The position numbers and the translations under genes were made by a program. A stretch of 64,000 bases of DNA from an uncultured Candidatus Saccharibacteria bacterium (lineage in GTDB: Bacteria; Patescibacteriota; Minisyncoccia; Phycocordibacterales; UBA2100). Shown in pieces: positions 17,671 to 27,044 of the stretch (position 1 is the first letter of the stretch; every line of letters starts with the position of its first letter). The notes beneath the pieces were generated by a model. The model did not search any database. It had not been told where the DNA came from and saw only the letters and a program-made list of their open reading frames with translations. The DNA lies in assembly GCA_964589005.1 (NCBI GenBank), contig CAZPQI010000001.1, forward strand, positions 2,144 through 66,143, given 5' to 3'.

Positions 17671-18116
17671 TTTTTGACAGAATCAATATCTACATTATAC
17701 CAACTTCTGATAAAAATTAGAACGAGTTAAGCAGAACAAGTTTTGCAGCCAAACAATTGGCAAAATGTCATCACTAGCGCCAATTCTGCGAAGTTATGAG
17801 CAGAGAACAAACCAGAAATTTTCTTTTCCTTTTTGAAAAAATTATTAGGGGGCAAAAACAAAGAAACGAAACAATAAAGTAAAGAAAATTTCTGGTTTGG
17901 TTTTGCTGAGCGGAGCGACTTTGTTTGCTTAGGACTGGAAAGAGTTAGCAAACAAGAAGTGCCCTCGTGGTGCGGAGGCGGTGGCGCGGTCGTTCGCGCG
18001 CCCACAGGCGCGCGAGATACAGCACGCGGAGCGTTCCGCTTTGTTAAAGTTACCACGCGCTCGGCGCGTGATTAGCGTTCATCTCGAAAATAGGTTCGGA
18101 TTTGGTCATATAAAGT

Positions 18117-18274
18117 AGCCCGAATAAAACTCGTGTCGTTTTGGGGGAATTTTTGACGCACGGCGCGAAGCGCCGCGTACGGAAACGGGGCATTTTCTTG
18201 GACTTTTTTGTCGTGCAAATGGAGGTTCGATCCGAAGATTTTTCGGAGAGAGGATTTTTTGGAGGGAAGGTCGT
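18117..18274. repeat. IR-L: left copy of a perfect 158-bp inverted repeat flanking serine recombinase 1
   Basis: Exact reverse complement of 19856-20013 (verified base by base at both ends). Confidence 0.9.
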
Positions 18275-18516
18275 GCAAGTTTATATGTGCGCTTGACCCA
18301 CCCACCCGTTCGCGCGCACCAATCCCCACTGTTTTTGAGAGGTATTGTAAAACAGTGGGGATTGCTCCCTCAAAGTGTGTTATATTTCTAGTGCAACCAG
18401 CCGAATTTTTTAAGTCGTGCTCAAAGAGCCGTCTTGGACAGTTCGAATTTATTCGGCTGGTTGCACCAAGGCGGCTTTTTGAGTATTCGCCACATTATCA
18501 ATCTAATTTGTATTAT

Positions 18517-20124
18517 ATGGAACAGAAATATTTTTTGTATGCTCGCAAAAGCACAGATGTCGAGGACAAGCAAGTGCTCTCTATTGAGGCACAACTTGAT
18601 GAGCTACGCGCGGTCGCCAAAAAAGAAAAGCTGGAGATTGCCGATGAATTTGTAGAAAAGAGGACGGCAAAGATGCCAGGGCGAGCTGTGTTTAATGAAA
18701 TGATCGGGAAAATACAGAACGGAGAAGCCCAAGGAATAGTTTGTTGGAAGCTTGATCGCTTGGCGCGCAATCCTGTGGACGGCGGGCAAATAAGTTGGAT
18801 GCTCCAACAAGGTATTATCCAGCACATTCGCGCTCATGACAAAAGCTACTATTCAAATGACAATGTGTTGATGATGTCTGTTGAGTTTGGAATGGCTAAT
18901 CAGTTTATTCGTGATTTAAGCTCAAATGTAAAACGGGGATTGCGAGCGAAAGTAAAGCGCGGAGAATTCCCAAGCACCGCTCCTGTCGGATATTTGAATG
19001 ATGTGCGCAGAAAAACAATTGTCGTTGACAGAAAGAAATCAAAAGTAGTCCGCGCAGCTTTTGAATTGTATTCGCTGGGCAATTCGTGCCTTGAAGATAT
19101 TGCGAACTTTTTTTATGAAAGAGGTGTACGAAGTATATACGGAAACAAATTGCACAAAGACAGAATAAAGTGGATTCTCTCTAATCCTTTTTATTACGGG
19201 CACTTTCGATATGGTGGAGAAATTCACGAGGGCAAACATACTCCGGTTATTGAGAAGCGGCTTTTTGATCAGGTGCAAAAAGTTATGAAAGAAAAAGGAC
19301 ATCCGCAAAAATTGGTAAAAAATCCAAAACCTTTTTGCGGACTTTTGCGATGTGGCACTTGTGAGATGATGATAACAGCAGAAGACAAAGTGAAGCGATG
19401 CAAAAACGGGAATGTGCACAGATATGTCTATTACCACTGCACGAAAAAATCCAAAACAATCAAATGTAAAGAGTCATGTATCAGAGGAGAAGTTTTGACT
19501 GAACAACTTTCAGAAATTCTTTGCGACTATTCCATGCCGTTGTCTTGGATTCAAGAATTTCGATTGTGTATGAGAGAAGATAAGAGAAAAGCAAATCTTG
19601 AATCAGTGAAGATTATTGAGAGTTTAAGAAAAGAAGTTTCGGATATTTCGGAAAAGATACAAAGATTGCTCGATATTTATCTCGCTCAAGATATTGACAG
19701 AGAAACATATCTTAAAGAGCGCTCAAAACTTTTCTCAGAAAAGAAAAGTCTTGAGGAGAAAATATCAAGATTGGAGAGAGATGCCACTGCGTGGCTCGAA
19801 CCTATGCAAGAATGGATTGAAACCGCCTCAACACTGGATAAAATCGGCAAAAGGAACGACCTTCCCTCCAAAAAATCCTCTCTCCGAAAAATCTTCGGAT
19901 CGAACCTCCATTTGCACGACAAAAAAGTCCAAGAAAATGCCCCGTTTCCGTACGCGGCGCTTCGCGCCGTGCGTCAAAAATTCCCCCAAAACGACACGAG
20001 TTTTATTCGGGCTGGCCTCCTCGGGCTAGAACCAAAGTCGGTCAAGCCCTGCAAGGTTATTTCTAACTATTTCAATCTATCAATTCGACGCTCCTCGAGC
20101 ACGTTAAATTTTAAAAAATATTAA
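18517..20124 (+). CDS. large serine recombinase 1 (resolvase/invertase N-domain + recombinase domain + zinc ribbon)
   Basis: Start at ATG 18517 (MEQKYFLYARKSTDVEDKQ... = catalytic Ser motif Y.RKST..Q); recombinase domain and Cys cluster (CGLLRCGTC...C..C). The C-terminal ~85 aa are read through IR-R, so the true stop is uncertain. The listed 18208 start is an artefact of reading IR-L. Confidence 0.8.
   Translation: MEQKYFLYARKSTDVEDKQVLSIEAQLDELRAVAKKEKLEIADEFVEKRTAKMPGRAVFNEMIGKIQNGEAQGIVCWKLDRLARNPVDGGQISWMLQQGIIQHIRAHDKSYYSNDNVLMMSVEFGMANQFIRDLSSNVKRGLRAKVKRGEFPSTAPVGYLNDVRRKTIVVDRKKSKVVRAAFELYSLGNSCLEDIANFFYERGVRSIYGNKLHKDRIKWILSNPFYYGHFRYGGEIHEGKHTPVIEKRLFDQVQKVMKEKGHPQKLVKNPKPFCGLLRCGTCEMMITAEDKVKRCKNGNVHRYVYYHCTKKSKTIKCKESCIRGEVLTEQLSEILCDYSMPLSWIQEFRLCMREDKRKANLESVKIIESLRKEVSDISEKIQRLLDIYLAQDIDRETYLKERSKLFSEKKSLEEKISRLERDATAWLEPMQEWIETASTLDKIGKRNDLPSKKSSLRKIFGSNLHLHDKKVQENAPFPYAALRAVRQKFPQNDTSFIRAGLLGLEPKSVKPCKVISNYFNLSIRRSSSTLNFKKY
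19856..20013. repeat. IR-R: right copy of the 158-bp perfect inverted repeat
   Basis: Reverse complement of 18117-18274. Confidence 0.9.
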
Positions 20125-20666
20125 AAACATTCATCAAGTTGTTCTCTTGTAAGAATCAGAATGTTGTCTGTCTTAAATGTATTTTTACCGACACTAGCTA
20201 AAAACCCTAAGTAATTTCTCAACTTTACGAAAGCCTTAAGTTTCTCTGAAGTCCATGGAATTAAAATTGCGACTCTACCCAAAGCGGACGCATTAACGAA
20301 CCCACCTAGAATATGTTTCCTGCTAACTTTGTTCTCAATCTCTACGCAGAGAAGACAACGAGCATTTTGATTGAAATGTTTCAAGATTGTAAAAAGATGT
20401 TCGTCAATATCTAAATCGAAGGATTTAAGATTTTCGTTATGCTTTTGAATTAGCTTACGAATGAAATCCTCACTGGTTTCTAATAGATTGCTGTATTCTT
20501 CTATATGTTTATTCTCTGTCGCGAACGGGCCAACTGCAGCATCAACTCTCGGAGAGTAAACACTCGAGTCGCCTCTTATTGAAGTCCACTCAATTTCAAC
20601 ATCTTGGTCTGGATAAATTCCTTGTAACTTTCGCTTTAAAAGTGGCTGGTATTCTTTTGGTGTCAT
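20121..20666 (-). CDS. PD-(D/E)xK-like putative nuclease (hypothetical)
   Basis: 181 aa; candidate D (SPRVDAAVGP) and E-x-K (LCVEIENK) arrangement typical of restriction-endonuclease fold; immediately downstream of the 901-aa helicase gene on same strand. Confidence 0.35.
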   Translation of the reverse strand: MTPKEYQPLLKRKLQGIYPDQDVEIEWTSIRGDSSVYSPRVDAAVGPFATENKHIEEYSNLLETSEDFIRKLIQKHNENLKSFDLDIDEHLFTILKHFNQNARCLLCVEIENKVSRKHILGGFVNASALGRVAILIPWTSEKLKAFVKLRNYLGFLASVGKNTFKTDNILILTREQLDECF

Positions 20667-20731
20667 ATTTGGGTGGTTAAACTATTCTTACTTAAAAATA
20701 TCTTAGAAAAGTGACAAAAGTGACACTGGTA

Positions 20732-23437
20732 TCAAAGATTAAACTTTGATGACAACAGCGCTACGTCCTTTCCATTATTCCTTTTCTCCAAGGAACTTAG
20801 GATCTTTTTTTCTGTCTCTGGCGTCCAGTATATTTTCAACTTTTCTCGTGCTCTTGTTATGGCTGTATAGAAAATATTATGTGAGACCATTTCTTCTATT
20901 TCATCTGTAATAACCACTTTAACCGAGTTGTACTCTAAGCCCTGAGCTTTATGGATGGAAACGGCATAAGCAATTTGGAAAGGAACTACTGCATTTGAGG
21001 AAGAATCGTCATCTTCATCAGTACTCCTAAGCCTGTTAACGATAAAGCGAATAGTTGAGTTTTCATTTTCAAGGTTGTCGACTAGTTCAAAGTCATATCT
21101 TTCTGCTTCCCATTCATTTATTGCTCTATCGAGTTCAACATCAAACTGTATTCCGTCTTCCAGAGTCACTATTTGAACTATCTTACCCTTTAAATTGTTG
21201 TAAATAAGGGGCGCAAATCTATCGGATTCATTAAACAATACGGGGTCATTGACTTTATATGTCTGAACGCCCCATTGTTCGGGAGCACTTTCATTACTAC
21301 CCTGCAAAAATTTGTTTATATTATTTATTCCATAAAGTCCGTCATAATTTAGACATAAAATTATTTCGTCAGCTTCCGAGTGCTCAAAAATTGAATCATT
21401 CAAAGTAAATGAATAATCACTTTTGGTAATGTGTTCTAAAATATCTACATCAATATTTCTAACCTTCGTCCACAAATCGAGCAGCTTTGGGTTTTTACTT
21501 CTATAAGGTTTAGTTAATTCAGATACAGAGGTTACTGGAACAAAATCTCGAACCATGCTGAACCAATTTCCAAAACGAATCGATTCTATCTGGAATACAT
21601 CGCCCACTAAAACTAACAACTTGAAAGAAGCTTTGTTTAGTACCTTAAGCATGTCCGCATTGTTGAGCGTACTACACTCGTCGATAACTAATAAGTCATA
21701 CTTTGTATCTTCATTCCTAACAGATAAAAACCTGGTTACTGTCTTGAAGGTAGAACTCCCAACATTTACCCTTCTCCTAAGATTATCAACGGCAGGATTA
21801 GTGTTGGCTAAATAAAGCTTTTCCCTATCGTGAAAGAAATTAGAAATATGGTTTATTAGTGTTGATTTTCCTGTCCCAGCAGAGCCATATACCAACGCCA
21901 CCTCTGATTTTTCAAACATCTGTTTCAGTTTTACCTTTTTCTCATCACAATCGATTTTGTAGGTAGATGATTGTAACCATGAGTCAAAAGACTTTGAGTA
22001 GTTCTTGATACCTTTTAAGGAAAATCCCTTCAATTTTTCAATGATATGGAGAGTGTCTTGTTCATAGCCTTTTATATAGACATGGTCTTTATAGTCTTCT
22101 ATCTTTCGTTGTCCGTGCTTCCAATATAATTTTGCGTTGTATGACCGCATCAGTTCATCAATGTCATCGAAGTTGGTAATATCTTCCCGTGGTGTATAGA
22201 GATTTCCCTTTATTTCAATGTTATTTCTTACCTGTCTTGCGAATAGCTCGTGCTTTCGATCAGTTGGATCTATACAATCGAACAAATCAGAAAGTCTTGG
22301 GTTGTGACCAATTAAAGAAGTATTAAATGGCATTTCATCAAATGGGATGCATCCATAACTAAGTTTTAGACTTGATAATCTTTCGCACTCCCCATGAAAA
22401 TATTGTCGTTTGAGAATTTTATTATTTAGTCTATAAAGCAGGTATCTGATTACATTATTCCCAGGCGCATTATTTTTTGTCAGTTCACGACTTTTATCTA
22501 ACAGGCTGAGGATATGATCCGTTTGCGCTTTTTGAATTATTGCATCTTTAAAACGCTGATAGTAATCATCAGGGAAGTCGATGACTTCAACTAAGTTCGA
22601 TCCGGTCTTTGTTAAAAGTGACATTAGCTCACGGTATTCCTTCGTTCCAGTGCTTATTTTTATGTGCTTACCAAATATGTCGGCAAAATGATCAAGTTCA
22701 CACGGACGAATTGAGACTTCCCAATTATCAATAATTTGGATTGGCATCTCCTTACCCACAACTTCTATAGAGTCATTACTAACGGCAAGCTTTACAGCAT
22801 AATTGGGAGATATATCTAATTTTGTGAAAGCAATAATTCGATCGAATTTACTTGCATTATCAATCGCCGTTGTAAAAGTCACTTCATAATAAACTTCATG
22901 ATTAACGAAAAATGGTTTTATCTTTTGGATGTAATATCTATCCCTATATGTGCTTCTTATTCTTGATGACTCAGACTGATTAATCTTCTCCGTGATTTTT
23001 TCGTAATACGCTTTTAATGCAGGATCAAGTGTTATGGGAAATTTATCAATGTTCTCCAAAAGATCCATACCATATTTACTTTTCATGAAGGATTTTATTT
23101 TGAGCAAATACTCGTAGTACTTCAGCATCAATCTCTCTGAATTCTCCTCACCGAGAGTATAGTGAGAAGCAGAAATCTGCAGAAGTTTATGAAGTCTACT
23201 CAAAAATTTTAGATCCCCTCTTACCTTGATGAAAGTTTCAGCCTTTTTAATATTTTCGTATGTATTTTCAGTGTCTTTACCGGCGCCGTATATTTTTAAT
23301 GAAATATGTTCAACAAAATTTCTGAGTTGAGATAAGAGGTTCTGCGATAGCAAACCTCTTTCAGAGTCATCAAATTTACTGATGTTCTCACATATAACTT
23401 TATTGGTATTCAAAATGTGATCATCAATCTTTCTCAT
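20732..23437 (-). CDS. large protein: ~480-aa N-terminal domain of unknown function + C-terminal SF1 (RecD/Dda-like, AAA_30 + UvrD_C_2) helicase
   Basis: Walker A VALVYGSAGTGKSTLI, Walker B LLVIDECS, LVGDVFQ, and C-terminal SIHKAQGLEY...FYTAITRAR motifs of SF1B helicases; N-terminal half has no recognisable family. Confidence 0.7.
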   Translation of the reverse strand: MRKIDDHILNTNKVICENISKFDDSERGLLSQNLLSQLRNFVEHISLKIYGAGKDTENTYENIKKAETFIKVRGDLKFLSRLHKLLQISASHYTLGEENSERLMLKYYEYLLKIKSFMKSKYGMDLLENIDKFPITLDPALKAYYEKITEKINQSESSRIRSTYRDRYYIQKIKPFFVNHEVYYEVTFTTAIDNASKFDRIIAFTKLDISPNYAVKLAVSNDSIEVVGKEMPIQIIDNWEVSIRPCELDHFADIFGKHIKISTGTKEYRELMSLLTKTGSNLVEVIDFPDDYYQRFKDAIIQKAQTDHILSLLDKSRELTKNNAPGNNVIRYLLYRLNNKILKRQYFHGECERLSSLKLSYGCIPFDEMPFNTSLIGHNPRLSDLFDCIDPTDRKHELFARQVRNNIEIKGNLYTPREDITNFDDIDELMRSYNAKLYWKHGQRKIEDYKDHVYIKGYEQDTLHIIEKLKGFSLKGIKNYSKSFDSWLQSSTYKIDCDEKKVKLKQMFEKSEVALVYGSAGTGKSTLINHISNFFHDREKLYLANTNPAVDNLRRRVNVGSSTFKTVTRFLSVRNEDTKYDLLVIDECSTLNNADMLKVLNKASFKLLVLVGDVFQIESIRFGNWFSMVRDFVPVTSVSELTKPYRSKNPKLLDLWTKVRNIDVDILEHITKSDYSFTLNDSIFEHSEADEIILCLNYDGLYGINNINKFLQGSNESAPEQWGVQTYKVNDPVLFNESDRFAPLIYNNLKGKIVQIVTLEDGIQFDVELDRAINEWEAERYDFELVDNLENENSTIRFIVNRLRSTDEDDDSSSNAVVPFQIAYAVSIHKAQGLEYNSVKVVITDEIEEMVSHNIFYTAITRAREKLKIYWTPETEKKILSSLEKRNNGKDVALLSSKFNL

Positions 23438-23459
23438 TATATTTACATTTTAGATGCTA

Positions 23460-23765
23460 TCAACCTGCAATCTCCTTAAACCGCTTTAAAGAAACTATAC
23501 TGGATACGTAATTTCTAGCAGAAAACCTATCTTTGGTAACATCATCAATAATAAACGGATCGCTTCCAAACATCGCCCATTTACTTGAAAGGTCTTCGGC
23601 AGCAATTCCTTGCTTTAACATGTCTTCGAAATCTTCATCTACAATTTTCTTACAAGCAGCCACAGCCTCTTCATACGTTGAAAACTCTCCGTGATTAGTC
23701 CTCTCGCTCTCATCCATGTAGTGGAAGTTATCGTCTACCATTACTATGTATCGTTTCTCTGTCAT
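23460..23765 (-). CDS. hypothetical acidic small protein
   Basis: 101 aa ORF co-oriented with neighbours; no motif recognised. Confidence 0.35.
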   Translation of the reverse strand: MTEKRYIVMVDDNFHYMDESERTNHGEFSTYEEAVAACKKIVDEDFEDMLKQGIAAEDLSSKWAMFGSDPFIIDDVTKDRFSARNYVSSIVSLKRFKEIAG

Positions 23766-23803
23766 ACAACCATTATACCACAGAATATGGCTTAAATAAA
23801 GGG

Positions 23804-24886
23804 TTATTTGACCTTGATCTGCTTAACCAGCTTTAATAAGTCTTCTTCTCTCTCATATGCCCTGAATCTTCCTGTGAGTATTCCTGAGCGATATGAGATT
23901 CCATCACTCATAAGTCGCCAGTTTGTACCTTCTAAAGCCTCTCTAGCTATCTTTTGGAGTTCATATGAACTTTCGCGATCTCTACGCTCGGACTTAGTAT
24001 CGTATGTGGTAAAAGGTAAGAATAGGTCTTTACTCATATCTGGAGTACCAAATTGTAGTTTTGTATATCCCTGCTTCTCAAAGACAGGAGCTAGTAATTC
24101 TTCAAGCTCGATAACGGTTAGTTTCTTTATCTTCTCAACTTCGTCATAGACATCTTTATTCTCTTCTCGCTCCTCAACTTCCTTTATTAACTTACCTAGC
24201 TCTTTCATGTTGTTCATCGCTTCAGCATATTTTCTGCCTTCTTCCTCACTACAAAATCGCGCGCGATCCTTTTCATATTCAGGATCGTGTTTCTCCTTTT
24301 TGTTTGCAGTTCTTGGAATCTCACTCACTTCGACGTAATCACAGTCTGGACACGTTGATGTCATTTTAAATACATCATCAGTATCTTCATCTACTTGTTC
24401 AAAAACAGATTGGCACTTTGGACACTTCGGTTTGTTATATTTCCATTCTTCGCCGCTATCATAAAACGAGCGCATTGGAGTGTGCCCAAGTGTGCATTTA
24501 TACATAAAAAGAACTCTGTCGGGTTTATCTAAATTTGTATCTAAATGTTTTGACTCAACGAATACCTCTCTGCTACAGGTAAGACAAGTAATTCCATCAG
24601 GAGCTTCTGCAGTTTCGTAAAAGCGGTCGTGTGCTTCGTCTTCACTCATCCACTTAGAAATAGTTTCTTCTTTTTGTTCATACATACCTCCTTGAACAAA
24701 AAACAAGTGAAGTTCATTGAATGCTTTCGTAAGGTGTTTCTCTTCACTCTTATCTATTTTTTCCTCGTGATGTTTTAGAACCTTGGGGCCATCAATCGCT
24801 CCTTCAGCCCATCGGCAATGTTCAACCGTCATGCGATCATAACGATCAATATACTCTTGTTTTGGTTTTAAATATTTCATTGACAC
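23804..24886 (-). CDS. hypothetical protein with three zinc-ribbon-like Cys pairs and coiled-coil/charged C-terminal half
   Basis: CLTCS...C, CPKCQ, CPDCD motifs; highly charged KE-rich C-terminus. Confidence 0.45.
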   Translation of the reverse strand: MSMKYLKPKQEYIDRYDRMTVEHCRWAEGAIDGPKVLKHHEEKIDKSEEKHLTKAFNELHLFFVQGGMYEQKEETISKWMSEDEAHDRFYETAEAPDGITCLTCSREVFVESKHLDTNLDKPDRVLFMYKCTLGHTPMRSFYDSGEEWKYNKPKCPKCQSVFEQVDEDTDDVFKMTSTCPDCDYVEVSEIPRTANKKEKHDPEYEKDRARFCSEEEGRKYAEAMNNMKELGKLIKEVEEREENKDVYDEVEKIKKLTVIELEELLAPVFEKQGYTKLQFGTPDMSKDLFLPFTTYDTKSERRDRESSYELQKIAREALEGTNWRLMSDGISYRSGILTGRFRAYEREEDLLKLVKQIKVK

Positions 24887-25131
24887 TATTCTGGTTACGT
24901 TTCTTAATAAAGTACAGAGATATCAACACCTTAAATCTTGTCGTCACATAAGCATATGTTATACAATAAGGGAACAATAGAAGATTGGATTTGAAAATGT
25001 ATTAAATTGAGGCGAGAAAGTGCCCCAGACGATGTAACTGAAGTTGTATTGTCTTGGGGCTCTTTCTATTGTCATGGGTCGATATATCCCCCAGGACTGA
25101 TTAGTTACTATCAGTCTAATTAATACAAATC

Positions 25132-26403
25132 ATGACTAAACAAATTAAATGGAACGTCGAGAGACGTAAAGTTAGTGACTTACTCCTTTGGAGTAAGAAC
25201 CCAAGAAGTATTACAGAAGAAGCACTTGAAAAACTAAAGGAACGAATCGTAAAACGAGGTTTTCACGATGTAATAAAAATTGATGTTGATGGAACTATCC
25301 TATCTGGCAACCAGCGTAGGGCGGCACTTATTGATCTCGGCATTGAGGAAGTAACTGTACTGCTTCCAGACCGTAAACTTACCAAAGAAGAAAAAGAGAA
25401 AGTTGCTCTTGAAAGTAACATAAATGATGGAGAATGGAGCTTTGAGGAATTGAAAAACTTTAATCTCGACATGCTTCTTGATATCGGATTCGACAAAGAC
25501 GAACTGTCCGATATTTGGGACGACAAAATCGGAATAACAGAGGATGACTTTGACGAGGAAGAAGAAGTTAAAAAGATTAAGATACCGAAAACAAAACTCG
25601 GTGATCTTATTATTCTTGGAAGCAACAAACTAATCTGTGGTGATTCAAATGATCCAGAAATAGTTAAAAGACTTTTTGGAGAAGATCGTGCATCGATGGT
25701 TATGTCGGATCCTGTATACAACATCAATCTGCCGTACAGGACTGGTCTAGGGGGTACAAAAGATTATGGTGCTGATGTAGAAGACAATAGGACAGAAGAA
25801 GAATATATAGAATTCCTTCGACAGAATATATCAGTTGCCTTACAGGTCGTTAAGCCAGACTGTCATATATTCTATTGGAATACTGAACAGCAGATATGGA
25901 TTCTTCAGACACTCTATCGAGAGCTTGGTATTAGTAACAAGAGAGTATGTCTGTGGGTTAAGAATGGGCAGAATATGACCCCTCAAATTGCGTTCGATAA
26001 GTGTTACGAGCCTTGTATATACGGAACAATCGGTAGCCCTTATCTATCTAAGAAAGAACATGGATTAAATGAAGTGATGAATAAAGGCGTTGGTACGGGA
26101 AATAATCTTATTGACGATGTAAATATCTGGACAGCCAAAAGAATAAGTACGAGTAAATATTCTCATGCCACATCTAAGCCTGTTGGATTGTATGAGAAAT
26201 CAATTAAAAGGTGTACAAAGCCAGGAGATATCATACTCGATACATTTGGTGGCTCAGGTAGCACTCTAATCGCAGGAGAACAATTACAACGAAAGGTGTA
26301 CATGGTCGAATTGGAGCCTGTGTTCTGTGACGTAATAATTAACCGTTATGAAAAAGTAAGTGGTAAAAAAGCGGAGGTAGTTAGTAGCCATGAAGAAAGA
26401 TAA
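25132..26403 (+). CDS. ParB-like nuclease-domain / N6- or N4-DNA methyltransferase fusion (orphan MTase)
   Basis: N-terminal ParB-like domain; MTase motif IV-like SDPVYNINLPY and C-terminal motif I FGGSGST (beta-class order); no cognate restriction gene adjacent. Confidence 0.75.
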   Translation: MTKQIKWNVERRKVSDLLLWSKNPRSITEEALEKLKERIVKRGFHDVIKIDVDGTILSGNQRRAALIDLGIEEVTVLLPDRKLTKEEKEKVALESNINDGEWSFEELKNFNLDMLLDIGFDKDELSDIWDDKIGITEDDFDEEEEVKKIKIPKTKLGDLIILGSNKLICGDSNDPEIVKRLFGEDRASMVMSDPVYNINLPYRTGLGGTKDYGADVEDNRTEEEYIEFLRQNISVALQVVKPDCHIFYWNTEQQIWILQTLYRELGISNKRVCLWVKNGQNMTPQIAFDKCYEPCIYGTIGSPYLSKKEHGLNEVMNKGVGTGNNLIDDVNIWTAKRISTSKYSHATSKPVGLYEKSIKRCTKPGDIILDTFGGSGSTLIAGEQLQRKVYMVELEPVFCDVIINRYEKVSGKKAEVVSSHEER

Positions 26404-26899
26404 AAGAAAAGTCTTTCTGGAAGAGTTGAGCGAAACACCCATAGTGGCAATTGTCTGCAAAAGAGTAGGTTTGTCTAGGCAGACAATTTATAGGTGGTGT
26501 GCGGAAGATAAAGCCTTCAAAGAGAAGTTTGATGGGTGTATTGGTCGTGGGAGAGACAGTATAAATGATTTAGCGGAAAGTAAATTGATATCCCTCATTA
26601 ACGAAGGTAAGTTGGGAGCAATAAAATATTGGTTAGGAAATAACAAACAAAATTATGGTCATCCAAAATCCCCATACTATGACGATGTTATTTCATCTGA
26701 ACTAGATAGGAATAAAGACCTCTTGAGAGAACTTGCCGACAGAGAAGCGCTCAAGGAAAAATCTGGATTAAGCGATTACGACATCGCTAAAATAAGATAC
26801 GATTCTTATTTTGGCGAAAAGGCGAACGTATTGGCAGAAGAGATAAAAGGAAAAATGAAAAAAACAAAGACTGACAACGACAGTACTCCAGAATCCTAA
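26390..26899 (+). CDS. HTH-domain protein (terminase small-subunit-like / resolvase-HTH-like)
   Basis: VAIVCKRVGLSRQTIYRWCAEDKAFK helix-turn-helix; overlaps upstream MTase gene by 14 nt. Confidence 0.45.
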   Translation: MKKDKRKVFLEELSETPIVAIVCKRVGLSRQTIYRWCAEDKAFKEKFDGCIGRGRDSINDLAESKLISLINEGKLGAIKYWLGNNKQNYGHPKSPYYDDVISSELDRNKDLLRELADREALKEKSGLSDYDIAKIRYDSYFGEKANVLAEEIKGKMKKTKTDNDSTPES

Positions 26900-27044
26900 T
26901 TGGAACTTTTGACTATGAACACTATATATTACCTCTCTTCTATCTGAAGAAATCACAGAATCTATTGCTTGCTAAGTAAAGTTGCCAACATGCTGTCTAC
27001 ACAATATCGCTTAGCAAATCTCATGGTTCTGTCATTAATTAAGT

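Noticed and set aside
17727-18056. 109-aa minus-strand ORF (Pro-rich) in the GC-rich block
   Set aside because: Lies in a palindrome-dense GC-rich non-coding stretch next to IR-L; low-complexity translation, no start context; treated as non-coding.
18208-18516. N-terminal 103-codon extension of serine recombinase 1 (listed ORF start 18208)
   Set aside because: Extension is produced by reading through IR-L and the hairpin region; the conserved recombinase N-terminus (YARKST) begins right after the ATG at 18517.
20732-23437. 901-aa protein as a MobF/TrwC-type relaxase-helicase
   Set aside because: C-terminal SF1B helicase fits, but the N-terminal half shows no 3-His (HxDxxxxHxH) or catalytic Tyr relaxase motifs; left as unknown N-domain.
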